64,000 nucleotides of DNA from a virus: positions 12,426 through 76,425 of IMG/VR virus record IMGVR_UViG_3300008952_000030. One strand, written 5' to 3'. Below the pieces are notes generated by a model. That model saw only the letters and a program-made list of their open reading frames with translations. It did not search any database and was not told the DNA's origin. The translations under genes and the position numbers were made by a program. This document shows, in pieces, positions 16,827 to 24,880 of the stretch. Every line of letters starts with the position of its first letter. Within the stretch, counting starts at the first letter, position 1.

Positions 16827-17048
16827 TTAAATCTCCTCTATCTTCTCTTTAATACTCTCTATTGCTTCAACAATATCTTCGCGAGTAAGCCCCCAAACCG
16901 ATGCAGCTCGGGACTCAGCTTTTTTGATTTCTTCTTCCAGGATAAGAAAAATTTCCCCCTTTGTCAAGGGTTCTTTTTCTTTTTCTTTTTCTATTGCCGG
17001 GGTATCCGGGTGATTTTCAAAAGGATTGATTTTCACTTTTTCTCCCAA
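16827..17048 (-). CDS. hypothetical protein
   Basis: ORF in the gene string. Confidence 0.55.
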   Translation of the reverse strand: MGEKVKINPFENHPDTPAIEKEKEKEPLTKGEIFLILEEEIKKAESRAASVWGLTREDIVEAIESIKEKIEEI

Positions 17049-17890
17049 TTATGCTTTAATTCATCTCGCGCCGTCCACTGGGGCGCTTTTCGCATCTTGT
17101 CCCACTCGGCGGCACCCCTGTCTGGAAAACGAAAATGCCAATGCAAAGTCTGATACCCCGTCAGGCTCAGGGGCTCAAGCCATCCATCGGGTGGGCATAC
17201 AGACTGAGCCCAGCATTCAACACTGGCAATCAAAGGGGTGTCTTCAAGCTTCAATCCATGTACGTACTCTTCTCCAGAAAAATTTCCCGAGTAACCCCTA
17301 AGCAAAGGCGACACTGCTGACGGAATAATAGACGCCAAGTGTGTCATATTCAAAGAACTCCTGCCGCCGACTTTAGGCGGACGATGCCAAGCATTTGATT
17401 CATAGTCCTTCAAGGACGCCACACTAGCTATGCGAGTGTGGATAACATCCCGTGCATAGCTTCGCCTAACATTATGTTGATTGTACAACACCCCATCGTC
17501 GATGCGATCCCAGCGGATATCCTCAATGACGTGAAGAATCGGATACCTTTTATCACAGTTATAATACGCACGTACAAGGGCACCTATTCCAATACCGTTT
17601 TCCATCATAGAGTTGAGAACTCTTTTGCGAGCGAAAGCAGTGTCGGCAAGAACTGTCCTTTTATCGTCCTGCATATCGCTACACTTGCGACGATTGTGTC
17701 CGGGTTGTTTGCAGTAGGAACACACTCTTTTTGAGACTGCGGCTTCTCTGCGTTGCTTCTCCCGTTGTATTTCCCGTGCGAGATATCCACCTTCTTCTGC
17801 TTTCTTCTTACGCGATGGGCAGCCAAGCCTGTTATGTCCTAGGACACCGCAATATCCACAATAAACCGTACCGCTGTATGACATTTTCAT
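17033..17890 (-). CDS. protein with two CCHC zinc knuckles
   Basis: CGYCGVLGHNRLGC and CSYCKQPGHNRRKC. Confidence 0.75.
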   Translation of the reverse strand: MKMSYSGTVYCGYCGVLGHNRLGCPSRKKKAEEGGYLAREIQREKQRREAAVSKRVCSYCKQPGHNRRKCSDMQDDKRTVLADTAFARKRVLNSMMENGIGIGALVRAYYNCDKRYPILHVIEDIRWDRIDDGVLYNQHNVRRSYARDVIHTRIASVASLKDYESNAWHRPPKVGGRSSLNMTHLASIIPSAVSPLLRGYSGNFSGEEYVHGLKLEDTPLIASVECWAQSVCPPDGWLEPLSLTGYQTLHWHFRFPDRGAAEWDKMRKAPQWTARDELKHNWEKK

Positions 17891-17954
17891 TTCCCTGTCG
17901 TTATTGTTCTTACATATTAAATGATTTTTAAAAAAAGTCAAGTATTTTTTTATA

Positions 17955-18299
17955 TTACCAGTCCAAATAATCACTGAAATCGTCGGGTGGTATGAGAATT
18001 TTCCCTAACTTTTTTCCTTCTTTTTCATCGTACGACTCAATTATGCAAATCGTTTCGATAACCTCATCATGAGGACTTCCACCTCGATAGACGCGCATCT
18101 TCGTACCGTCTTCCAGCGTAACATAGGGATCGCGCTTTTTCATGTACTCAACAAATTCTTTAGCGGTAAAGGTTTTTGAAGTGCTTCCCCTGGTAGAGTA
18201 CCGATTTGCTTTTTTTCTTACTAAATGGAACTTTCCATTTTTTGCTCTCACATGCTGACGCTCGTTTTCGGATACCAAATATGATATAGATATTATCAT
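17955..18299 (-). CDS. hypothetical protein
   Basis: ATGA-coupled ORF. Confidence 0.55.
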   Translation of the reverse strand: MIISISYLVSENERQHVRAKNGKFHLVRKKANRYSTRGSTSKTFTAKEFVEYMKKRDPYVTLEDGTKMRVYRGGSPHDEVIETICIIESYDEKEGKKLGKILIPPDDFSDYLDW

Positions 18300-18958
18300 T
18301 TTTTGACGCCTCTCGCTCTCTTGATATCTGATTCATGCACGTAATATGACTTAGGAACTCCGACAGGCAATATTCTATATATCTTTGAGCCTTTAGCAGC
18401 ACGATGGATTGGTTGTGCGTCACTCTCCAAGACTATTGCGTAATCAACCGAACTGCTCATATACCCACCGTTGTGAATGTTAGCCAGTACAGCATCAGAA
18501 TTTACCTTATTGCCCTTCCTCACCTGAATGGCGGAACCTTCAGGATAAAGAGGTTCTGAAAAATGAGACTCTAAAACCTTTTTCGCATACTTGTTTTCAC
18601 AAATCTTCTTGTAAGTTTTTTCCGGCGGAATGTAATCTTTGGTTGTACAATAATCCGCCACGATAGAAGAGAAATAACCTGTCGAAGAATAATACTGAAC
18701 ACAAACCTTAAACGCTTCCTGTAAATACTCGCTGCCCAAGTAAGAGACTTTCCACTCCTGTATCGAGTGCAATCGCTCTGGAGTGTTTTGCGCACACACC
18801 TCGCTTAAAACTCTTTCCTGGTTAGGAGTCAGAGAGTACTTCGATGTCTCAAGTTGGTTTAAGATGCTTTTCAGAAACCCTCGTTGCCAAGACGAAATGT
18901 TACACTCTGCCGTGTTCAACTCTAAGAGCGATTTAATTATCTCTTTTTGTTTTTTCAT
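18296..18958 (-). CDS. hypothetical protein with C-terminal SH3-like domain
   Basis: YPEGSAIQVR...AIVLE...YRIL...ESDIK; promoter at 18990-19018. Confidence 0.65.
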   Translation of the reverse strand: MKKQKEIIKSLLELNTAECNISSWQRGFLKSILNQLETSKYSLTPNQERVLSEVCAQNTPERLHSIQEWKVSYLGSEYLQEAFKVCVQYYSSTGYFSSIVADYCTTKDYIPPEKTYKKICENKYAKKVLESHFSEPLYPEGSAIQVRKGNKVNSDAVLANIHNGGYMSSSVDYAIVLESDAQPIHRAAKGSKIYRILPVGVPKSYYVHESDIKRARGVKK

Positions 18959-19031
18959 ACGAAAGTCTCTTCTTATTGGAGGTGATATAATTATCACATA
19001 AATCTTAAGTTAAGTCAAGAAAAAAATAAAT

Positions 19032-19253
19032 TTATCGTGATGATATCAATACTAAGTCTTCCTCTCTCTGCCAATATGTGCGTTGGCTTGAGCCGACGGA
19101 CAGATCACTGAAGAACACCAGGCACCTATCCTGTGGCTCGCCTGGGTATGCTGCTTCTTTTTTTAACACTATTCCACGATGATACGCTTCTGGTAAGCCA
19201 TGGTACCTTCTAGCTACCATGTCGCCGACTTTGAATTTATAGCTATCCGTCAT
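19032..19253 (-). CDS. SH3/KOW-like protein (FKVGDMV...LISSR*)
   Basis: Family motifs; degenerate junction sequence at 19221. Confidence 0.7.
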   Translation of the reverse strand: MTDSYKFKVGDMVARRYHGLPEAYHRGIVLKKEAAYPGEPQDRCLVFFSDLSVGSSQRTYWQREEDLVLISSR

Positions 19254-19386
19254 CCTCATCCCTCTGTCTTGCAAGCCAGTATTTCTCTTCTCTTAGCTTG
19301 CTAATCTTTTTGAGTCTTAAAGACTCAAAAATTTTGAGTCTTTTAATAATCTTTTGTTGTATTTTGGCTCTTTCCTGGTACTTCAT
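19243..19386 (-). CDS. 47-aa basic protein (not in ORF track)
   Basis: Hand translation MKYQERAKIQQKIIKRLKIFESLRLKKISKLREEKYWLARQRDEDDG*. Confidence 0.5.
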   Translation of the reverse strand: MKYQERAKIQQKIIKRLKIFESLRLKKISKLREEKYWLARQRDEDDG

Positions 19387-19390
19387 TTAG

Positions 19391-19582
19391 TCACCGACTC
19401 TCACTGATTAACTCCAAATCGCTTTTCTTAGTAGTAGTTCTTGCGTTGTTGTCCTTACTCCACATAACAACCTTTCTTTCATCTGTGCCAGGGATGCATC
19501 GAATAACAATGCCATACCAATCCTTCCAGCAACTTGAAATAATCCCGTCTGGAGTGTATCGCACCAAATCACCGACTTTCAC
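19391..19582 (-). CDS. KVGDLV cassette protein (...ELISESR*)
   Basis: Start and stop inside repeats. Confidence 0.8.
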   Translation of the reverse strand: MKVGDLVRYTPDGIISSCWKDWYGIVIRCIPGTDERKVVMWSKDNNARTTTKKSDLELISESR

Positions 19583-19757
19583 TGATAACCTCGTACTCTC
19601 TGATCCTATGGACCTCCACCTTCCTACCGGGGTATGCAACCCGGATGAACTCTTCAAAGCTGCCATAGTCAGGGATACCAAGACACACAGCCACAGTTTC
19701 CTGATGGTGTGGATCGAGGCGACCCCAACGCTTCTGAACCAAATCACCGACTTTCAC
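19569..19757 (-). CDS. KVGDLV cassette protein (...EVISESR*)
   Basis: Start and stop inside repeats. Confidence 0.85.
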   Translation of the reverse strand: MKVGDLVQKRWGRLDPHHQETVAVCLGIPDYGSFEEFIRVAYPGRKVEVHRIREYEVISESR

Positions 19758-19944
19758 TGATAACCTCTGCGCTCATTTCTATCTGTCTACCTAATGCAAT
19801 GTACCTACCATCTGTCATAACAAGCCAGTCATACTCATAAGAATCATCTCTTGGTAGTTTCTTAACTAAGGTGGCAACATAACTTTTCAAGTTAAAATGA
19901 TTGTATGTGCCACGAGATAACCTTACCAAATCACCGACTTTCAC
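19744..19944 (-). CDS. KVGDLV cassette protein (...EVISESR*)
   Basis: Start and stop inside repeats. Confidence 0.85.
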   Translation of the reverse strand: MKVGDLVRLSRGTYNHFNLKSYVATLVKKLPRDDSYEYDWLVMTDGRYIALGRQIEMSAEVISESR

Positions 19945-20086
19945 TGATAACCTCCGTATCATCTCTATGAACTCGATACTCTCCATCAGGAAAGAGAACA
20001 TAAAACCCGAAAGGAATAACCTTAGTGATAATACCAAGTGTTAGCTGGGGTTGACTTACCTGTTTCACTAAATCACCGACTTTCAT
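19931..20086 (-). CDS. 51-aa KVGDLV cassette protein (not in ORF track)
   Basis: Hand translation MKVGDLVKQVSQPQLTLGIITKVIPFGFYVLFPDGEYRVHRDDTEVISESR*. Confidence 0.85.
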   Translation of the reverse strand: MKVGDLVKQVSQPQLTLGIITKVIPFGFYVLFPDGEYRVHRDDTEVISESR

Positions 20087-20267
20087 TGAGAACCTCCAAA
20101 AACCTAATTCCGAACCTTGTATCTGTACCGTCTACTAGTACCTTCACCACTATAGAGGGGTGATGTGGATTTCTCGATGGCTCAACAAAACCAACCACCA
20201 GTCCACACTTCGATCCCCACCAAAAACAATCATCATCTGGCAGTTTTACTAAGTCGCCGACTTTCAC
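20073..20267 (-). CDS. KVGDLV cassette protein (...EVLNESR*)
   Basis: Start and stop inside repeats. Confidence 0.85.
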   Translation of the reverse strand: MKVGDLVKLPDDDCFWWGSKCGLVVGFVEPSRNPHHPSIVVKVLVDGTDTRFGIRFLEVLNESR

Positions 20268-20433
20268 TTAACACCTCGCAGCGATTTTCGACATAACCTC
20301 GATCGAGATAGTCTAACACGCCATTGTTTGCTAGAACACGATAGGCGTTGACGTCGCCATATTCGTCCTTATACACAATGATGCCAAAGGCATCGTTGAA
20401 CTCCTTGTCCACAATCAAATCACCGACTTTCAT
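20233..20433 (-). CDS. KVGDLI cassette protein with extended tail (junction TGA changed to CGA)
   Basis: EVLSESR followed by RLSKTAR*. Confidence 0.8.
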   Translation of the reverse strand: MKVGDLIVDKEFNDAFGIIVYKDEYGDVNAYRVLANNGVLDYLDRGYVENRCEVLSESRRLSKTAR

Positions 20434-20632
20434 CTTTGCACTCCTCCCAGCAATTTTCTATCACGTAATAATGGCAATTTTTGCCGCATCCATTTGGATT
20501 TTTATTACAAAACATTTCGCTCTCCTGCTCGCAAGTCATAATTTTCTCATGACAAAGAGAGGCGCTTTCTTCCACCGGGCAGCCGGCGAGAACGACACTG
20601 ACAAGAACCAAAACAACAATCTTAAGCTTCAC
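20420..20632 (-). CDS. Cys-rich lipoprotein inside the cassette array
   Basis: Lipobox LAGC; ends KDESR* in the junction repeat. Confidence 0.75.
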   Translation of the reverse strand: MKLKIVVLVLVSVVLAGCPVEESASLCHEKIMTCEQESEMFCNKNPNGCGKNCHYYVIENCWEECKDESR

Positions 20633-20792
20633 TTACAACCTCCATAACCTGTATCTGTATTGGCACCTCGACTCCGTACACGAACACCCAATCGTTTTCG
20701 AGTTCAACTCTTCTCACGATATAAATGCTATCCCCCAAATCGAAAAGCCGATTGACGGATTTAATGTACATAACCAAGTCGCCTGGTTTCAC
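20622..20792 (-). CDS. 56-aa KPGDLV SH3/KOW-like protein (not in ORF track)
   Basis: Hand translation MKPGDLVMYIKS...MEVVSEA*. Confidence 0.75.
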   Translation of the reverse strand: MKPGDLVMYIKSVNRLFDLGDSIYIVRRVELENDWVFVYGVEVPIQIQVMEVVSEA

Positions 20793-20983
20793 TATCTCAG
20801 CTCCCCACTGAGTACGCTCTGGCGCGTTATATAAAGAGAGTTTATTAAAGCAGTCGTTCCATCGTGCCTCAGTACAGTCACGAACCCGGCATACATGCTT
20901 TGCCTTTTAATCACCAACACAGGCTTGTAATCATGCATAAAAAGCATGCCCGTGCGAATTTCACTCTCCGACACATAACGCAT
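20792..20983 (-). CDS. small SH3-like protein
   Basis: IRTGMLF...VLVIK...VTVL. Confidence 0.55.
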   Translation of the reverse strand: MRYVSESEIRTGMLFMHDYKPVLVIKRQSMYAGFVTVLRHDGTTALINSLYITRQSVLSGELR

Positions 20984-20984
20984 G

Positions 20985-21209
20985 TCACTGAACCTCCAGC
21001 TTCCTAACCGTGTTGAGTCTTACCAACTTCTTAAACCCTACATACCTTGAGTCTGCGTCGTTCCTAGCGTGAACTATGACAACAGGCACCATACCAACGA
21101 ACTCCCCACCGTATCCGAACTCATCAAACGTCTCCACCGTGCGTGGTGAACCAGTAACGATAGCTCGAAATGCGCTACCGAGCGAAACGAAATCACCTTT
21201 TTTAATCAT
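20985..21209 (-). CDS. SH3/KOW-like protein
   Basis: MIKKGDFV; promoter TTGACA-17-TAGACT at 21240-21268. Confidence 0.65.
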   Translation of the reverse strand: MIKKGDFVSLGSAFRAIVTGSPRTVETFDEFGYGGEFVGMVPVVIVHARNDADSRYVGFKKLVRLNTVRKLEVQ

Positions 21210-21264
21210 TTTCTTTCCCGCAATTTTGATTTGTTCCTAAGTCTAACAAAGTTTTTTCGAGTTG

Positions 21265-21531
21265 TCAAATATTTTTGACTGGAGAAACAAGCTTTAACCA
21301 TTTCGATCGAACCATTACTTGCTCCGAAGTACCTAGCAGAAGCACACAACAACTATATTCCTCGTTGTGTAGCATGTCCTCTGATAAATGTCCGTGAGCC
21401 GGCATTTCCAAATAGTGCGTTTCTTGAATGTAGTGTATTTTGTCGACAACTATGCCCGTTGACTCATTGTGAGGAAGCATAGGCGAGTCGAAACGAACCA
21501 AATCACCTACTTGAAAATGTCTTCTTTGCAT
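21265..21531 (-). CDS. SH3/KOW-like protein
   Basis: FQVGDLV...GIVV...LKLVS. Confidence 0.7.
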   Translation of the reverse strand: MQRRHFQVGDLVRFDSPMLPHNESTGIVVDKIHYIQETHYLEMPAHGHLSEDMLHNEEYSCCVLLLGTSEQVMVRSKWLKLVSPVKNI

Positions 21532-21709
21532 GCTTGATATCAGATCTGACTAGTCTTGTTTTGTTTGCCTTATGTCCCGATTTACACCAAGTCACTCGGA
21601 AAAAAGCCGATGATTCATATACCAACCCTGTATCGTCTCTCTGTATATGAGAGAGCATCTTAAGCTTTTTGCCAGAAGCAGAGAGTGTCACCAAGTCGCC
21701 CACCTTCAT
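21503..21709 (-). CDS. KVGDLV SH3/KOW-like protein
   Basis: Ends SSR* overlapping the VGD codons of the next gene. Confidence 0.7.
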   Translation of the reverse strand: MKVGDLVTLSASGKKLKMLSHIQRDDTGLVYESSAFFRVTWCKSGHKANKTRLVRSDIKHAKKTFSSR

Positions 21710-21894
21710 GTGTTAACTCTTTTCAAGTTTGACAATAAGACTGGTTCTGGGCTTGTTCCCCCGGTATAGAGTACCCTACACACGCAGTCAGATCCTTCAA
21801 AGATAGCCTGAGCATCAACGCTGATGAGGATACCGTGTTTTCTGTTGCGGTGGAGAACTAAATCTCCAGCCTTTAAACTAATTAATTTTAACAT
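21706..21894 (-). CDS. SH3/KOW-like protein
   Basis: LKAGDLV...GILI. Confidence 0.65.
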   Translation of the reverse strand: MLKLISLKAGDLVLHRNRKHGILISVDAQAIFEGSDCVCRVLYTGGTSPEPVLLSNLKRVNT

Positions 21895-22067
21895 TTTACT
21901 AATCTCCAAAATCTCTCATCTAAAACAAGTATCTGTCCCTTGTGTTCAAGCTTATAAGCTTTGCTACTCCTTCTAGTCAATACTCTTATTATTTCACCCT
22001 CGCCATAACAACAATCTGTATGACTATTAGTATCATATATTTTTACTTTATCGCCTTTTTTCAGCAT
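21888..22067 (-). CDS. 59-aa SH3/KOW-like protein (not in ORF track)
   Basis: Hand translation MLKKGDKVKIYDT...GEIIRV...FWRLVKC*. Confidence 0.7.
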   Translation of the reverse strand: MLKKGDKVKIYDTNSHTDCCYGEGEIIRVLTRRSSKAYKLEHKGQILVLDERFWRLVKC

Positions 22068-22242
22068 GTATCAGCTCCGAATAAAATTCTAATGATTTTT
22101 TGCCAGTCGACGCCCACAAGACAGTGACATATGGCTGCTCAAAGCTGGTTCCCGACGACAAATGAACCTCGACAATCAAACCAACCCTTGTTTTGTTGTG
22201 CCTGTATTGGACTAAGTCCCCTATTTCAAACTCATACAACAT
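22048..22242 (-). CDS. SH3/KOW-like protein
   Basis: FEIGDLV...GLIVEV...VTVLW. Confidence 0.7.
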   Translation of the reverse strand: MLYEFEIGDLVQYRHNKTRVGLIVEVHLSSGTSFEQPYVTVLWASTGKKSLEFYSELIHAEKRR

Positions 22243-22256
22243 AGCGAACACCATTG

Positions 22257-22329
22257 AGCTGACGGAGAGACTCGAACTCTCAACCTGCTGATTACAAATC
22301 AGCTGCTCTGCCAATTGAGCTACGTCAGC
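22257..22329 (-). tRNA. tRNA-Thr(UGU)
   Basis: Cloverleaf; anticodon arm GCTGA-TTTGTAA-TCAGC. Confidence 0.95.
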
Positions 22330-22332
22330 ATG

Positions 22333-22409
<77 letters not shown>

Positions 22410-22418
22410 TTAACTGTA

Positions 22419-22640
22419 TCATACCATCCCTTGCACCATAGTTAAAGTATCTTTCATGAAAGTACACACTTGCCCTGTTTCATTAATGAGAACAAGTGCG
22501 CGGCTATCCTTTCTCCCGTATGCATTTTCAAGCCTCAAGAGGACACCCACCTTCCCTTCCCATCCATAGTACCCATCCTCCAGCGGATAGTCTCTCCAGC
22601 TATTGGGAATGGGGGCCCTGACTAGATCACCAACCTGCAT
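22419..22640 (-). CDS. QVGDLV SH3/KOW-like protein
   Basis: Family motif; promoter TTGACA-17-TAGAAT at 22664-22692. Confidence 0.7.
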   Translation of the reverse strand: MQVGDLVRAPIPNSWRDYPLEDGYYGWEGKVGVLLRLENAYGRKDSRALVLINETGQVCTFMKDTLTMVQGMV

Positions 22641-22774
22641 TGACTTGCTCCATCTTTTTTAACATTCTATATTAGTTTTTTTAAATTGTCAAGATTATTT
22701 TTGCGAACCACGTAATAATTCACTAACCAACATCAAGGCTACTAGTGTCAAAAGATAGGATGTAAGGAACTCTG

Positions 22775-22969
22775 TCACGTCTTCTTCCTCAGTATGCGCC
22801 AGCGGCGGCATGGATACCACCGTCTATATCCACAATTATCTACTACGAGAATATCTTTAAGACTCATGTTGACATCCACAATTATCCCGTACTGCAACAA
22901 TTCTGGTTCCGCCATCGAAGAATCCAAAATATATGTAACCACTAGATCACCGACTTCATACTCTTCCAT
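22775..22969 (-). CDS. EVGDLV SH3/KOW-like protein
   Basis: MEEYEVGDLV...YGIIVDV. Confidence 0.7.
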   Translation of the reverse strand: MEEYEVGDLVVTYILDSSMAEPELLQYGIIVDVNMSLKDILVVDNCGYRRWYPCRRWRILRKKT

Positions 22970-22973
22970 ATAC

Positions 22974-23534
22974 CTACATAGTGCCGAGAATATGCATAAG
23001 TGACGCAAACAGTACAAAAATATGCCACACAGTATGATAATACGGCACATAATCATGTATATAAAAATACAAGCCCACAAGATATACGGCACAACCAACG
23101 ATGAACATCGAAGATAGGGGAGCAGATGAAAATAAAACAATTGATAAACACAATAGGCCGTTGGCTACAAAAGTTTTAACAGCTGCCCTCTCCAGAAGTT
23201 TAGTACCATAGTGAGACACAATGTACTGGCACCCTACTGCTCCTGCGAACAAGCAAAGCACACACCAATACAGCAGGTTGTGCGGAAACAAGTAGGCTAT
23301 CGAGGTACACGCTATCGTTGCGTGAATTGACGCCATGTCGAGCATCCTATATAAACTCTTTCTTGAACCCCTCTCTGTGCCGTGGTACAACACCGAGCAG
23401 AAAAAAGTACAGCACAACATTGCAGAAATTATCTTCGTTGCTGGTGTGCCCGTGACAAAAAAAGAAAAACACATGCCCACCCCAAAGGCATGTGTTACTG
23501 CATTCCACGTCTCCTCTTGCCTGTGTCTTCTCAT
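22974..23534 (-). CDS. hemolysin III / PAQR (YqfA/TrhA-like) membrane protein
   Basis: EETWNAVTH, SVLYH, LDMASI, HTVWHIFV. Confidence 0.85.
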   Translation of the reverse strand: MRRHRQEETWNAVTHAFGVGMCFSFFVTGTPATKIISAMLCCTFFCSVLYHGTERGSRKSLYRMLDMASIHATIACTSIAYLFPHNLLYWCVLCLFAGAVGCQYIVSHYGTKLLERAAVKTFVANGLLCLSIVLFSSAPLSSMFIVGCAVYLVGLYFYIHDYVPYYHTVWHIFVLFASLMHILGTM

Positions 23535-23620
23535 TTCACTTTACGTTCTCCCACCAAAAAACCCGTATAAGACAGCCACAAAGCAAAAGAGTATCATGAC
23601 ATGTAGACAGTTCTCTAAGC

Positions 23621-24880
23621 TCACTTTTTCTTTAACTTTGCCAGTTCGTCCTGCCACTTAAGCATTGTTTCCACCATGCTCTTCTTGTTCATCGAACTGA
23701 TTTCCTTATGAGAAAGCTTGCCATCACTGGTGATGGTTTCTTGACTGCTCGTAACAATCTCTCTCTTGTATCCCTCTTGCTTAAGCTTTTCTGCAATCTT
23801 CATCCTATCCTTCGCCAGCTCAGCATATTTTTGAGAGATATCAATACCAATCCATTTTCTGTCGTTGAGGTGCGCCATCTTTGTAGTTGTGCCAGAACCC
23901 ACAAAAGGATCGAGGACAACATCTCCCGGCTCAGTCCAAGTCAAAACGTGATCTTCTACCAGTTTTTCAGGATAAATTGCTGGATGTTCAAACGCAATCT
24001 TATCCTTTGTTGAAAAGTTCTTTCCTGTGTTGTACTTCCAGATATTGTTTCGCGGGGAGAACTCTGGTACAGGCTTTTGCACCCGGCTCTTGAGCTTTCC
24101 GTCCTTGCCACGCATCGATGAAACACCGAGCCCCAACTTAGAATAGTTAACCTTCCGAAAGTCAAAACCCTCATCATCAATAGTCAAGCCATTTTGCGCC
24201 TCTTTGTATCCCATCGACTTAAGCGCCTTCCTGATAAGCCCGAACAACTCTTGCTTTTCTGATTCAGTGTGACTCTCCTCAATTGAGTCAAAGTTGAACT
24301 TATCGTTAAAACTGCCCCAACCAGTCCACTTATTTGGCTTGTCACACACAAGCTTGTGAGTCTTTGGCTTGCCCTTCGAGAACACAAACATATACTCAAA
24401 TATTTGCGAGTAGCGATTGCCGTCTCTGCGAGCAGGAAACGATGTACCATTCTTCTCGTAAATCATGGTATCGTGAATATTAAATCCGATATCTTTAAAG
24501 TACAAAGCCTGGCGGAAAGAACTTCCAGACTCGCTTCCTTTGTCAACCGCATCTCCAACAACCCACACAACAACCCCACCTGGCTTAGTTACTCTATAGA
24601 GTTCGTCTGCAATGTCCTCAAAAGGAAATGAATATCCATTATTTTCTGTGAGCTTTTCAGCTATCTTCTTTTTCTTAAATGCTGATAGTTCTCTCTTAAA
24701 CTCTTTCTCGTCTGAGAAGTCGTCGACTGTCTTGTTGAACGAAGCAGTAAACTCGTCAGAATAAAACCTAATGTCATCGTACGGAGGAGAAGTCACCGTC
24801 AAATCAACACTACTATCAGACATAAGTTTAAGCTTTTCAACTGAATTTCCACACAGAATTTTATTAAGCGGCAATGACAT
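23621..24880 (-). CDS. beta-class amino DNA methyltransferase (SPPY, probably N4-cytosine)
   Basis: TSPPY precedes HPAIYP and DPFVGSGTT. Confidence 0.9.
   Translation of the reverse strand: MSLPLNKILCGNSVEKLKLMSDSSVDLTVTSPPYDDIRFYSDEFTASFNKTVDDFSDEKEFKRELSAFKKKKIAEKLTENNGYSFPFEDIADELYRVTKPGGVVVWVVGDAVDKGSESGSSFRQALYFKDIGFNIHDTMIYEKNGTSFPARRDGNRYSQIFEYMFVFSKGKPKTHKLVCDKPNKWTGWGSFNDKFNFDSIEESHTESEKQELFGLIRKALKSMGYKEAQNGLTIDDEGFDFRKVNYSKLGLGVSSMRGKDGKLKSRVQKPVPEFSPRNNIWKYNTGKNFSTKDKIAFEHPAIYPEKLVEDHVLTWTEPGDVVLDPFVGSGTTTKMAHLNDRKWIGIDISQKYAELAKDRMKIAEKLKQEGYKREIVTSSQETITSDGKLSHKEISSMNKKSMVETMLKWQDELAKLKKK

Larger units (their letters stand above)
19391..20433. repeat. cassette junction repeats, array B (7 copies)
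   Basis: Core at 19391, 19569, 19744, 19931, 20073, 20254 and 20420; 30-bp identity accaaatcaccgactttcactgataacctc at 19563, 19738 and 19925. Confidence 0.95.

Noticed and set aside
19583-20037. Long N-terminal extensions of ORFs 19391-19747 and 19744-20037
   Set aside because: They are alternative-frame reads of the upstream cassettes; the true starts are the SD-preceded GTGs in the repeats.
19391-20433. CRISPR array interpretation of the 30-bp repeats
   Set aside because: Intervals are 142-187 bp, all frame-preserving and protein-coding. The repeat is not palindromic and no cas genes are present in the window.
12396-20433. Diversity-generating retroelement, shufflon or classical integron
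   Set aside because: No reverse transcriptase, TR/VR pair or tyrosine/serine recombinase is seen in the window. The repeats are direct and lack attC-type inverted structure. A recombinase elsewhere in the genome cannot be excluded.
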